NCBI GenBank assembly: GCA_026770705.1
Contig: JANJGN010000034.1
Span: forward strand, 5,828,001-5,892,000
Source: Isurus oxyrinchus
Taxonomy: Eukaryota
Length of the DNA: 64,000 nt
Direction: 5' to 3'
Numbering within the stretch: position 1 is the first letter of the stretch; every line of letters begins with the position of its first letter. A program made the translations under genes and the position numbers. Below, one piece after another: positions 28,501 to 43,500 of the stretch. Under the pieces are notes generated by a model. The model ran no database searches. It was not told the DNA's origin and saw only the letters and a list, made by a program, of their open reading frames with translations.

Positions 28501-31500
28501 AACCTAAAATCTGGAACGATGCATTGCCCTCTCCATTGCATTACCTGCTTCCGAGAAAATGAGCAATAAATGCATCTCGACTAGATCAAATGCGTCTCGA
28601 CAGTTCAAAAGTAAGGAAAAAGAATAAATTACTTTCAACTGGACATTTAAAGAAATCTAGCATCGATAGCTTCCCACTGGCAAGAACGAATAAAGTTTAC
28701 AAATGCAAAGGGATTTTAGGAACATGTGAAAAGAACCACGCCATTTAAGCACACGAACCAAGCGCCCTCTTAAAAGAGACCATACTAATCAGTGAACTAA
28801 TTCGACGTACAGAACATTTCCCCACAGCGTTTAATATATTTTGTTATCAAATATATCAATCTCACGTTTAAAATTAACAATTCACCTCACACCAAATCAA
28901 GCCACACCATTGTTATGCGGAGAATCATTAGCTCATTTTCGCTCTGAGATTGTTAAGCATTGCCCCCTCTTCCTAAACTCACCTATACAGCAGTGGCAAT
29001 TTATTTCCACCTGTACTATACCTTGCCGCAAACGTTTTTTTTTTTTCAAATCGCCAGTTAATCACATTTAACATTTTAAATTCTGGCGAATAAAGCTATA
29101 ATATTAAAATAATTTCCTCAAAATGTGCCGCTGGAAAGCAGTTATAGTTTCCTTCCTGAATCAGCAGGACCAGCGATTGACATCCTTCTAAACATTTAAA
29201 AAAAACAAACTACATTTAAGTTCTGAATTAACAAACATAATTTTCAAAAAAGGAAAAAGCATATATTTAGAACTTCATCATTAAAGCCGGCGATGCCTTT
29301 ATAGTGACGAAGGCGAAATGATGGTCACATTTTGTTATGTCTAACAGCATGGTTAGTGGCCCCACAACGCAAGGGGTCAAGAGGTTCAAGAAGATGGATC
29401 ACCGTCACCTCCTCAAGGATAATTATGGATGGAAATAAATGATTTTCCAGCCAGTGACGTGCGCATCCCATGAACGAATAACACAAATATTAAAAATGTA
29501 CAGAGCAAGTAACAGAGTGGCATGAATCAACCAGTAATTTCCGGCAGAAAAGGAAAATACTGATGCCGCTGGGAATCTGAAAAAAATATATTATATTTGG
29601 CAGCATCGCTGAGATTGAGACCATCTAGTTAGTAATTTTTTGGAAAATAGTTTCCTTTTAGGTATAACCTCACCCCCGAACCTTCCTGGCTGATTGCATA
29701 ATGGTATTGATCCAACAGGAGGAAACAACAAAATCAATTGAAATGCAAATATACACAATTTTTCCTTTGCTTTACAGAGCTAAACAATTGTCAGGTATCT
29801 TCAGAAGACTTAGGTGAGAAAATGGCCCATTTCCTGTTTAATAAGCCTGCACAGTTGCGGGTGGATTCTATAACTCTTATCAAGGTCACACTGTGATTGC
29901 AAAAATTCTGCGACGGGTGGTTGGAATCTGGCCCTTGTATGGAAGATGATGCATTGGAAACAAAGTTTATTTTCTGTTCCTTGGCTGCACAAAAAACTCG
30001 GAAAATTTATAATTCTGGACACAAACTCTCTCCCCAATCTGCAAAATCCTTCAGTTCATCCAGAGTTTTCGCCTCAAAGTTCTCAGTGGAATCACAACAC
30101 GCTCGGCCATTGGCTGGACAAGCTGGAGGTAGGCCCTGCTGCGGAAGGGCTGGCATCATTCCCCACTTGCCTGTGTGGAGGAGCAGGTTCAAAACGCATT
30201 GTACAGTAGATGCCTATCTCAAACAGGGTGGTCTGGGTGCTGAAATGCTCTTTGCAATGTACTTTAACATTAAGTTTACGTTAATCAGAGAGGCTGCCAC
30301 TATTTTGCAATGTCATCTATTTCGTTTGCCAGATACTGCAAGCTGCAGCTTCTTCAAAGCTGAAGGACACTCTTTTTCTAGCATCGATTGACGGTTCAGC
30401 TAAGGCTGCACCACCGTGAAAATCATAGACCATACTATTTTCCTAGGACTTGGTACCTTGCATTTGTAAACTGACCTTCCTACGTTAGGAAAGAAATGTT
30501 CCATAACCCTTTAACACCTTCCAGCACTGATCTTATTGTTTGTCTCTACCAATCCAAATTCATCTAAACCATTCCTTCAATTATTCATGTCTTTGGTCTT
30601 TTTCGGCCATATTTCCTTATATCCCACTTTTAGAATGTATATCAAATTTAATTTGCGAAGTCTTACCTGAATTAAATTGTGAGCATTTTAACATAGGAAA
30701 TGAATTACATCAGGCTTAGTTGTTAAATAATGTTAATCCTCAATCTGCATGCAAATAGGACATTGGTACACAATAACCAATTATTCAATGTACCACCGTT
30801 TTTCTGGTATCATCTTTGACTCAGGATATATATATTTTTTGCCAATTATCCTATTGCTCATAAACTTCAGAATTCTATAAATCACTCCTTTGGAATATTT
30901 ATTTTTCTATCTTGATTTTTAATGATTGCTTCCTGAACAGATGATAAACTGAAAGAAACAGGGAAAGGTACACGATTACAATATTATTTAGTTTAACCTT
31001 TTAATATCTATTGTTTTTGCATCACTAGTTCCAGTCTATCATGCTACAACTTGTGTTGTCGGCAATTTGAAAATCTGTGTCTTAATAATCAAACTCAAAA
31101 CTGCAGGTAATGTTGTTAGAGGAGGGCGTAGACCTCAGTGGGTTAATAATAAATGCATTGTAATGTACATAACACACTGAAAACGTCTGAGTTGTGGACC
31201 TTCTGCTGAAAAGAGATTTCAATGTTGCTTCTCAACCATCGTAGGTGAAGGATTCGGTTATTCCCCTGCCAAGTATGTTCTTAGATCTACCTACAACAGA
31301 AGAGTGCGCTAATGAAACATTTTTAGTAGACATGCCACTTGTTATTCTCGGCAAGGTCGTCGTTTCTCCACTACCTCTAACACATTTTGGAAATAGCAGC
31401 TGCATCCAATGTCATACGCTTCTTCCTTTTAGCATCAAGTGACAGACTGTGTGTGATTAAGGAACAGAGTTATGTGAAGCTGTCAACAATCTCAGGCGTC

Positions 31501-34500
31501 ACAATGACAATTCTGATTAATGGCATAATGGAACCATCGTAGGCTATGGCTTCGGTCCTCCTGGTATTGACAGCAAAAGTAAACTCTTTGCAGGAACAGC
31601 CTGTAATAGCGACAGTGTTCCTCGGTGCTGAATGTTAACGTGTCATCATCAGTGTAAATCAGCTCTCTTGTACTTAGCGCTCGTTCATCCACAATCTCAG
31701 TTAGGAAAGATGGAAAATCTTTCGGTCAGTCTTGGAGATTTCTGACTACATGCGGTTGAAGTGATGAAGTATGAAAGCAGAAAAGAGGAAAAAAAATGAA
31801 ATGCCAAAAAACTGTAGGCGCCAGAACAAAAATATGTTTGACTCTATGGTGGATCTTGAATGGTTCCGATACTTCCCTGTTGCAGCCGACCTTGCATGTC
31901 AGTTTGTTCTGGAATGAGTTCAAGCTGAGAAGCTTCAGTGTGTGTCCAAATTAATCCAGCATGATCGATGAAATGAATATAGAATTTTTCGCTTCATTCA
32001 CAATAAGCGTCCTTCAGCTTCTGGTTTGAGTTAATAGTAGTATTATTTTTTTTTTTCACGAGTTCACCAGGCACACTCGGATTCAGGATAGTTGTGCTCA
32101 GAAAACATCTGCTATCTGAAAAGTGTAAAAAGGCCAAATAATCTCCAAACCATGGAGTGAAAACGGATTAGAACTTCGACAGTTGCTACAATAGCGGTGG
32201 TCATCCCTATCGTTCTACAACATCATATATTTTGCAACCTTTCATCATGAGGAACAAATCCCATCACCCAACAAATGCAGTTAACTTCGTTCAAATGCTG
32301 CAGGATTACAGTCTTGTGGCACTTGGTTGTTCAGGACGCATTGCCTCGTACTCTGTAGCATTACTAATTGCAAGATCACTTCAGAGTCTGCAGATTCCTC
32401 CCTGTCCATGTTCAACCTAGAATACAAAACTCGGTCGATTTCTACACACCTCCTAAACTGTTTATTGCACTTCGTCATGACATGCACCTTCTACGTTTCA
32501 AAGGGTCCTTTATTGTTTTTTTTTTTACTGATGGAGCTGTTGAAGACAACAGGAAAGCTAAAGAGAGATGTTATACTGGAATCAAGGATTGGTGAATTCA
32601 CAGCATTCCCTGTATAGAAGGACATTTGTATATTCTAGCAAAATTTTAACAAGCAGCCAAAGCGATTAGGAATCTGTTGGACCCACTTCATGTATATTCT
32701 GAACATCCAGGGTTATTCAATCCTTGGCTTCAATGACGACGTCCAATACGCCTACGTTACCCATTAGCCAGTGTGTATTTTTTTTAATCTCACTGTGGTT
32801 TCGCAAATACTGAGAGAGCAGTTTTTTTAAATGGCCGTGAGTGTTGATTTCGCTCTGCACTGTTTGTGAGAATGCTGGAGAAGACACTTCCACATCAGCC
32901 GATGGTGGTGGTTATCTGGGGAGGCAGTATGGTTGACGTTGAAATGCGGGAGGCATTTTATCTTAGAGTATGAATGCTTTGTGTGTTATCCAGTTCCATC
33001 TGAACATCTTATTGAACCTGAACCAACCATCATTTCACACAGTGCATATCGGCACCATATTAGGCAGATGCTAACAATGTGGTCCATGATATCGGGTTAA
33101 CCAACCAAAAATATATATTTGGAAAGAAGTCATGGAACATGGAAATTAACAGGTGGTCCATACAATACCAAAGTGTTAGTGTTCTCTCCTCATGTGGAAT
33201 TTTGTCCCTAGCAAAAAATTGCAGAACTGACGTGATTTTTGTTTCTGATGTTTTGAAAGCGAAGAGCATTATGAATTTATTTAGCTTTATGAAGGGCTTT
33301 GGTAGGGTATAAATTACATTGGAGAGTAGATTTGTCACAAAGCTAAAGAAACTGGAGCTATGAATATACAACCGAAAGTAATAGTCAATTATATTCATTT
33401 GCGAAGATCAATACTGAATGAAGTTCAAACCCGACAAAGTCTGCCAAAAATGCACTTGTGAGAGGCTAACAGCGCAATATCATGCACAACAAATGGTGGG
33501 GCCTTGGGAATTTAGACCATAAGTTGGACTTTGGAAAACATGCCCTGGGATAGATGCCATGGCTGGAGAGATAGGTTAGGTGGTCAAGAAGCCACTTGGA
33601 ATATGTGTCTTCATTCTGGGAAGACATAGAACATTAGCAATGGAATGCTCATCTGTAATTATGCTAAACACCAGTGACACCGCACGTGGAATGATGCATG
33701 CAGCTCTGATCACCATATCATCAGAAAGATGTGATTTTGTAATTGAGAAAGGGTCCACTTCTTTTACAGTAGAACAGATGGTGCATTGAAAAGGTCTCAT
33801 AAATTATATAAAAGTATGTAGGGTCAACATAGATTGAAATGAATAACTTTTCCCACTGGCCATTGGTTTCTATAACCAGCGAAAATAATTAGTTTAGAAC
33901 ACATGATGCTTAGTGGACTCCTGAGGTAATATGGTAATCCGGAATTTACTCCGTGAAAGCATGGGAGAGACAGAAATCCCCACCACATTGGAAAGTATTT
34001 TGGATATGCATTTGTAGTGCCACAAACTTTAAGATTGCCATCCAAGAACGTGGTTTTTGGAAGAATGGTTATTATGGTTTGGCAATTACAGGACTGGCCC
34101 AATGGCATTCTTCCAGGATTTTAGTTGAAACTATTCAATTGATTTTTTTTTAAGGAACCAAGCGCTGAATGAAGGAGGAAAGTATTTGCTCAGGATGTTA
34201 AGAATGTGGAATGCACAACTTCAATGAGCAACAGAGGTGAATAGCTTAGATTTATCTGAGGAGGAGCTCGATAAATATTTGCATGGGTGTGAGCAAATTC
34301 CCATATCGACTATATGAACCAGCGTAGACAACTTGGAGGAATGCCCCTTTCTGTCTGCTTATTATGGGAAATTGCAATGCGCTGTAGCTCTGGTCTCTTG
34401 TACATCCTAACTGCATTGCTCCAATGTTTGATCACTCTCTTCATCATCTAAGTCCTCAAATCAGGGGTAGTCTTCAAAGATATCTCTTCATCTCAAGCTC

Positions 34501-37500
34501 ATTTAAAATGCTGCCGAAGACATAATTACTGTACTCAAAAAATTATTTGCATCCCCTCATCTTCCCCGATGAAATTGTATTTGAAAACGGTCCTGTGAAA
34601 TAGCTCAACACATTTCATAACGGTAAGATCCTCATATAAATGCATGTTGCTATAACATTTATTTTTGTTTGTCTCGAACCTATGAATATTTTGTCAGATT
34701 TGTGCAAGGGGTTGCTCAAAAGTATGTTAATTGGAGATTCCACCAGTTCGGTTAACATTCTGATGGAATGCCAGTTATTGGCAAGTTGAAGCAAACGTTG
34801 GCCTTCTGATTGCTTGAAAGGAAAGTCAAAGAATTCCAGTTGAAGCCCAAAAGTAAAGATTTTTGTTCTGCATTATAGAGGTAAAAGTCTGCCAAGATGC
34901 ATTAAAAGATTTAGGTGAGTGATATAAGTTTCAATGTTTTGGACGTTTATGTTTTTTTTTTCTCTCATTTAGCTTAGAATAGACCGAAGATTCAGGAAGC
35001 CGGGAAAAGACCCGTCTTGAAATGACCGCAATTGAATTCTGAATTTTGCCTAGATATTGACGATTTAAGCGAGTGGGGATAAAGAAAACGGTTTGCATGT
35101 TAATGATGTGAAAACGAGCATATAATGAATTAAAGAGCATTACCGCCGAGGCAAATGCAATCCGAAATTATTCTACGCATTTTTCAAATGAAGGAAAGCT
35201 GGAAATCAATTGTCACTTGTTACCAAAAACAGCTGCATGATAATTATCGAATCTCCTGGTCTAAAATAAATAATGGGGCAAACAATATTGATTATGAGAA
35301 ATGGACAACTCCAGTGGGCTGCATCATAATATCTGGGGTTCTTTTACCATTTCAATGGCGTTCACAGCAAAAATGCAACACTCACTGAGCCGGATTTTGT
35401 GCAGCAGGGACAGCAGTGGGACTTTGAACTTCCAGCCTTCTTCCTCATAGCCGTGAATAACAGGCAACTGAGCCACGCATGAAATTCTGGCTGGATACAT
35501 TTGTACATAGTTCAGTGAGTATCATGCTGTTCCAAATGCCAAACTGCAAATCAAACAGACTGATTTTCCGCCTCGAACATCCTGTCCCACCGAATATCAA
35601 TCGACTTTTGAGACAGTCGCCCAATCTCCCACATACGGTCCCGCCAAGACAGGGCCAGGAAGTTCCTTGCCGCAGTATATATTTACATTGTATTTTCGTC
35701 CCTTGTGCCCACTCAAAACTTATTTGAATTATTTGTATCTGATAGGGAGTGTAAAAGGCAGCCTATAAAGTATTGCCAGTTTTGTGCAAGTGCTGAAGGG
35801 GAATTTGTAACCAAATGCTTCTTATGAAATAGTGTGCATGCATAATTGAACTAAAACTGTGTATAACGCTGTCAGTTGTACATGTGGTTGAACATGTTTG
35901 AACCAATGCTAAAAATTCAACGACATTTCAGCTGTTTGCGCCAGATTAATGTATCTGCCTTTACACACTGGTAGAGAAAAAGCTCAAAGGCAGAGTTGAA
36001 GGTATTGTCTTAACATATTGGTGTTCTAATAATATCGATTGTGCTCATTGTTCCTTAGCACCATTTACTGAAGAATCAGAACTGCTCCTGCGACGTGGAA
36101 AGAAATGACAATGGTTCAAATGTGTGTGCAAGAAATGATTCTTGGCGTAATTGATATTGTGTCCGGAAACATGATTGTTCAAAGAATAGGGACTTGACAA
36201 AGGGAGATGACATTGCATGAAGATAAGCCATCAGATAATTGAAAACAACAACAACATCAAGGGGATGAATTGCATTTTTATGTTCCTAAGTTCACTACAT
36301 ATATTTTCAAGACGCAAAGTTCAGAACTTTGCAATGTATGAAAATCGTGAAGAAATTCATGGGTTTGACTGCATGGAAGAGGTAAATGTCCAAAAGCAGC
36401 AGGGCCTGCACAATACACAGGCAATTAACTGTCGTTCCACACAAGTGTAACGAATAACTCAACTCCTGACTCCCCAAAGCCTGTCCACCATCTACAAGGC
36501 ACAAGTCAGGAGTGTGCTGGAATACTCCCCAATATCCAGGGTGGTGGCAGCCCCCACAGCACTCAAGAAGATCAACAGCATCCAGGAAAAAGCAGCCCGA
36601 TAGACTGGCAACTGATTTCCCTAAAACCATTCCCTCCAGCACCAACGCATAGTAGCAGCAAGTGTGCCATCTGCAAAATGCACTGCAGAAATTCACCAAG
36701 GTTCCTTAAACAAAACCTTTCAACCCACGACTGCTCTCATCTAGAAGACAAGAGCAGCAGAAAGTACCTCCACCTGAAAATCCCCCTCCAAGTCAATCAC
36801 CATCCTGACTTCGTAAATTTATTGCCGTTCCTTAACTGCAGTTGCGTCAAAATCCTCGAAATCCCATCCCAACAGCACTGTGGGTTTATCTAAACAACAA
36901 GGACAGCAGCGGTTTTTGAAGTTGTCTCACTGCTCCCTTCTCAAGATCAACTAGGGATGTGCAATAAACGCTGGCCAAGCCAGCGAAACCCACATCCTGT
37001 CAATGAAGAAAAAAAAAACGAATGCTCTTTCCCTTCAGTGCATGATAACATTTTTTATTGTTAGATCTGGAGAGCTGACAAATATTTTTCAAGCATATAT
37101 GACAAAACAATTTACCCTTCTGTCCTGTAGAATTGGCGAAATGTGAAGAAGCTTTGGACATTTTAGGTGAGAAAACTGTTTTCTGTCCTTTTAAAATAGC
37201 ACCTATCAATGATTCTTCAATTATTGTTGATCAGTCTCAAAGTTAATCTGACCTTCCCAATATGCATGAACCAACGTGTATCAGTTTTTTTAATGAGTAA
37301 GAGCTAAGAGCTATGTGAAACATAAGATCTTTCAACAAGAATGGAGGCGGCGCTGACCTTCATTTTAATACTGCATCTAAAGGAGGTCTCCATTTGGAAC
37401 ATGTATTTGAAAAAAAAATCCTAGTTAAATAGAGCCTGCACAGTGTACGGTCCCGTTTGATTCACGTAGAAATGTCAAGCAAATCGTGTTACCGGACGCA

Positions 37501-40500
37501 CTTATCTCGTAGCGCCCATTTAGATCTACTCCACACAAAAAATGTCCATTGTAGTGTATGCCAAAGTGCATGTCTACACTCTCACATTACACTTGGTATT
37601 GCTGAAAAAGTTGTGTTTTCATTAGTTCATTTTAAGCAGCTGCTTTCCATGTGATGCATCTGATTTAAAAATAATTTAACAAGAATATGTTTCCAACAGT
37701 TCATCAACGTAATGTTTAACTTGTATTCCTTAAAAAGGAGATACACTTAAAGCAAAAGAAAAAGGTATATGTCCTTGCAAATTATTTTTTAAAAGAAATA
37801 ATCCACTTTTGTAGAATTTGAAAGCTGATTTTCATCATGCAAGTCATTTCACTGCTGAAGTTAAGAGGTATTTTTATGGCCGGGTAGAAGAAAACAGATT
37901 CCTAACATGCAGGTAGAAGAAATGATGAAGACAAATAGTATGATGACATCTCTTGCAACTTATTTGGCTACAAGAGTGTTGAAGTCTTGTTGCAATGCTG
38001 CAGGGTGTTCTAAAAGCTAACGTGAATAGTGTGAACAATGTTTTTCTCCCAGGTGAGAAAATTATTTACTTGACTTCTGTATTTTGAGAGATGTTTCACT
38101 AGATTAGGTTAACATATCAAATGCTGAAGAAGCTATCCTTTTGCTGGATATTCCACAATATACCTCGCAGCATAAGGTGTTGATATCTAAGACTGCAATT
38201 TTCAGAAATGAATTGACACAACAATTGTGAATTTGTGGATTTCCCGACCCCAGAGGTCAGTGCATGCTGGGTCATTGCTTATATTCAAGTCTGAAAATGA
38301 TAGTCTTTTGGGGGAAGTAAGGGAAGAAAGGGATATGAAGATCAAGTGTGAAGAGCAGGCGAGGGTGAAAATCAATGATAATTTTCTAAATTTGAGGAGC
38401 ATACTCGAAAGACCGTTGACCGCCTTCAGCTCACACTTCTAAAATCACTGATTTATGAATGAGATATGCTTAACGATTGATTATTGCCATTAAATAGCTT
38501 ATACTTTTCTTTCAGCTTGCATTTTTTACAAACTAATGCACAAACACAATTTGTAATTCTCAATAGAAGGCGAAACACAGCAAAGTAGCATCGATTTAGA
38601 GCAGCTATTTTTGTTCCTGGGGCATCCAGAAACGACTGGTCTGAACGCTCAGGTTCCTGACTTTTAGTCAAAAATGTAACTTGAGCACGACTTTTCCATC
38701 CACTGGGTGGAGAGTAGTCTGAATACAGAGTTCCACAAGGAGGATTGAGCTGAAGAGATTTGACGCATTAAATAGAAATATTGATAAGCGATAATAGAGA
38801 AAAGAATATAACCTAGGGATGGTTGTGCCGTGCAAACAATGGCTTAGGCCACTGATATACGAACTAGATACATGTTTAGGCCACTCGTCCCTTGAAGCCT
38901 TCTCGATCATTCAGGAACATCAAGGCTCATATGATAGTAATCTACTGCCTACCCCTGTTAACTTTTCACCACGTTGTTAATATAGACTTATAAAAAATCG
39001 AAGTCCCTGCTTCCATTGCCTTTATTTTTAAAGATAATTCCAAACACTCAGGACCCTCCGAGAGAGATTTAAGTAAAAAAATCATTTCTGACTTAAATAA
39101 GCCTCCTCTTACGTTTTGAACCGTGGCCCCATGTGCTCGATTCTCCTACAAGAAGAAAAACACCATCTCCTTTTCCGCTATTACAATGCCCCTCAGGATA
39201 TTAAATGCTTTGAACTAGTCAACTCTTACGCTTCTAAACTCTGGTGGGTGCATGCCGAGCCAGGCTAGCCTTTCCTCAACAGACAAGCCACCCATTCCTA
39301 GTGTTAGACCAGTGAATCTTCTCTTAACTGCTTCTTAGTCATTTACATTTTTCATTAAAAAACTTACCAGCACTGTACAAAGTAATACGGAAGTAGTCTC
39401 ACCAGTGCCTTGTACAAGTAAAACATGTGTATTTATTTCCCGTCGCAATAAATGATAACATATTATTAGCTTTCCTAATTACTTGTTTTACTTGCATAAT
39501 TGCCTTTTGTTATCTATGCGCTGAGACCCAGATTCCCCTAAATCTCAGAGCTCCTGAATTTCTCAACATTTAGATAACATGCTTCTTTGTTACTAATAAA
39601 GAATTTCACATTTTTCCACATTACACACTGTTAATCAGGTCTTTGCCCACACACTTACCAATGGAAAGCAGTACATTGTCGCCACCTTAGTTCCACTTAA
39701 AAACGTATCTAGCAATGTTCGTGTTGTCAGCAAGTTTAGCAGCCACACGATAGGAAATTTCTTCCCAGTCATTTATATGAATTGTAAAAAGTTGAAGCCC
39801 CAACATTGATCCTTCTGGCACACTACGTATTCCATCCCGCCAACAAAAAATAGTCATTTATGGTTACGTCTTGTTTCTTGTTGGATTGTCAATCTTTTGC
39901 CCACGCCAATATATAATTTGCTTTGCTACTGTGGTGTATGTTATTTTCTGTTATTGTAGGCCTTTGATAAAAATGTGTGTTAATGCATTTATAACCAATT
40001 ATTCCCCCTAGCAGGTATCACCATCTATTGAAAGAATGCTCAGCAACTACATACACATCGTTTAATTGACTATCAATTACCAAGATTTGTTTCAGCATTA
40101 CCCTAAGTTAGAATTGTTTTATTGGCTCAAAGGATTTTGCCATCGCTGACGAGAACAACATTTGTTCTCCATCTCCAATTGCTCTCGAGAAGGTATTGAT
40201 GAGCTTCCTTCTTAAACTGCTGAAGGAATCCCCTGTTAGGAGGGGAGACCCAGGATTTTGACCCAGCAACTGTGAAGGAACATCAGTATAGTTCACATTT
40301 AGCGTGGTATATGACTTCGAAGGGGATTGCAATTGGTGGTGTTCCCGTGCCTCGAATGTCACTGCCATTCTAGGTGGTGGAGTTCGCAGGTTTGGAAGGT
40401 GCTGTCAAATGGGCCCTGGTGAGTGGCGGCAGTGACATATTTTAGATGGTGCACTTTGCTGCTACTGTACTTCGGTGATGGAGGGAATGAGTGGCAAAAT

Positions 40501-43500
40501 TGTTGATGGCGTGACAATTAACAAGGCTGTTTTTGTCCTGGATCGAGTTGCCCTTCCTGTGTGCTAGCTGAGCTTCCAGAATTAACTCTAGTTGAAGGAA
40601 TTGTTCACCTTCTCATAAACCAGACGATAGAAGGATGCAACAAATTATTTTCAAACAAGAGCTAAGTTATTCCGAATCGATGCCATAATATTATCCCTAA
40701 CTGTCGATTTGCTTTAAGGCTGAATGTTTTAGATGCATGCGTATATAAAACAAAATAAATGACACAAACAATTTACAAGAAGACCATTTGACAGGAGTGG
40801 ATCATGAGCCAAAGAATACTCGTTGCTTAAACCTGCATTCACTTCTAGAACAATAAAATATAAACAGTGGGAAGAGATACATAACTTGTACAAAACATTG
40901 CATTTATGAATAGCTACACAGACCTGGTCTCAAGAAATAGCTTGCATGTACTAATCTCGTCTCAGTTGGCATTGTCTAGTCCACAGTTGGAATATGCTTT
41001 ATAGTTTCCTTTCCTTATACTATTGTAAGAATGCTCAATTTTCCGTTGCACATTTCAGGCCCATCAAAACCTTAGGAAAACCGCACCTGGAAATGTGTGC
41101 AATGTTCTGCCTGTTTGGGGCACAGGAGGAGGAGAGTGCTCTGACCTCTACTCCCCATACTTTGGAAGGACATCATTTTGTATTGGGATGTTCATTTTTT
41201 TATATAACTGGTTCGAACATGCATTGCACAGTACGAATTCCTGTTCTCCATCTACATTCGTTAGCACATTAAAGGACACCTTTTGCAGTTCTGGTCTCTG
41301 TACCATTAGGATGGACCACATTTTGATACGACACACAGTTCTGGTCTCTAATCAAGCACCACGTACAGATCGTATCCCCAAATACCTTCATTGAAGCACT
41401 CTTGGGATATTGTATACAATTCTACTTTTAACACAACTTGCTCAATCAAATTATTGCATCAGGAGACTGGAACAAATGCAAAAACATAATTTGAAATTAT
41501 TAACCAGAACTGAATAGTTAATTTTGTCAACCAAGCTTCATAATCCTGATATCCCTGTTTTAGGAATAAAACAGGACTTGGTTTTGACTGTATTTTGATA
41601 GCTATCAATAATTTCACAATTATTCACACAGAGTTGTTTGCGCCATAATACATTGAAAACAATGTGACATAGAATTTTCACTAATAAATCCGACTATAAG
41701 GAATTCGCTTCATATAGAGACTGAGAAAATGTGCAACATACAATTTTACCATTCTGTAGGATTTCTCGTGGTGAATAAAATACACCGTTAAGCCTTAGAT
41801 GGAGAATAACAGGAAGGAAGAAGTTAATTGACAATATGTTAGCTTTGATGATATGGAGAGAAATACAGATAGCATATTTCAATAACACCGGCATGTTCCA
41901 ATCGGGTTGAATATTCAATTTCTAATTTGCGGCTTTTTTGTAGCAGGAAATGTAGAGCTGACAAGGAATGCTTTTGAAATATAATAGCTTAAACTCTCCC
42001 CTTCCAGAACTATCAACATGCCAAAAAGCTATAGAGGATGGGGGTGAGAGAAATATTTGTGACTGTTTTCAAATAATGTATTCCCAGTTGTTTCAATAAC
42101 AAAAACGATCCAATTCGCCTGTAAGCATCACGGTTAATGACTCTTGAATATATAGTTATAAAAGTGCACATGAATGATCGAATCACAATGAAGAGAAGGA
42201 CGGACTTACCACAAATAGTACAGCTTCTCGCAAAGGTTTTCAATTCCAATCCCAACACTTTCTCTACAGAACAGCCATTCTTCTGCTTCTGGTCAATTCC
42301 CACTAACTTTAAAACGAGTAAAATGCGCCTGCTTCCATCATCCACACAGGAAAAGCAATACAGCACTGTTTCTAATTCAAAAGTCTTCACATAATCTCTT
42401 TTACTCTTTTTGCAATTATATTTTCACCTTTGTTCATAATTCAAATGGCTTCTTACTAATTGTGGTACAAAAGATATTCCACCAAGTTTTTTCATGATGA
42501 TCTCCGCCTCTGTCAAATCTCAGTGAAGTGTATCGGGTTAACAAGGGCACCTTCAGTGCCCCCCAGCCTTGGGCTCTTCTGATTAATGATGTCTTACTTG
42601 CCTCAGTGAGTTGCAGTTAATATCACTTACCTCCAATTTTTTAGGCTTGACATCTATGGGAATGGCCTCCAAGCGCAATTTGACGAGCACCAACACCATC
42701 ACAGCCCAAAATATTTCCGCTCTTTTATTTTCAATAAAATATCCGACTGCAACACTGCCATTATGTAACAGAGAAGCTGACATTTCATCCAACGTTAGCA
42801 GTCTTCCATCTCCATCATTTTATCCACATGACTCATGATGAAACTTATTTCATGCTGTAAATCTCATTAACGCCTTTGTTTGGCACTTCACTGCAATCTT
42901 GACTGGCCTACCTTGGGAGTCTCTCTTCGGGAGAGATTGTCAAAGTTTCTCCGACGCAGAAGTACCACTCATCCTTGAAACAACTTATTTTTCATTCCCG
43001 CTATGGCTTCACCACACCCTATCTCCAGCCTCCACTTCCTCTAGCCACACCCTAGTCAGAGATAGCAGTATTTCTCTCATGCTGATTTCTTGACTGTAAT
43101 CGGCGAAACATTGATATTGGTGTTTCAACCGACTGGGCCCTCAGTTATAGATTTCATTTTTCCCTATGTTTGCTTTCCGCTGTGTCTCCCTTTCACTTGA
43201 TAAGAAGCCCCTTTAAAAACTAAATATATGATCAAGCTTTGGGCCTCCATCGTTTAAATCTATTTTTTGCTGGGCACCATGCTTTCTTCTGTAATGTGGA
43301 GATGCAGGGACCTGTTTAGTTTTATGATGTTAAGCGTGCTATAGAAATAAAGTTTTTATGATACAAAGGTTCAGGCGGTTTATATTTTACGAAACCTCAT
43401 TTGCTTTGTCTTTTAAACATTTACAGGAGAAAAGCTAATCGCAAAAGAAAAAGGTGATGCCAGTTGTAATACAGAACATAAAAACTGACGTCTGACTACC

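Noticed and set aside
31701-31724. 24-nt AG..GT interval (VRKDGKSF)
   Set aside because: Lies within an antisense RTE relic and does not fit the exon consensus.
32531-32557. B-like peptide MELLKTTGK after a poly-T tract
   Set aside because: No AG acceptor or GT donor, and no A partner found.
38017-38052. 36-nt AG..GT interval (ANVNSVNNVFLP)
   Set aside because: No similarity to the A consensus and no pyrimidine tract; treated as coincidence.
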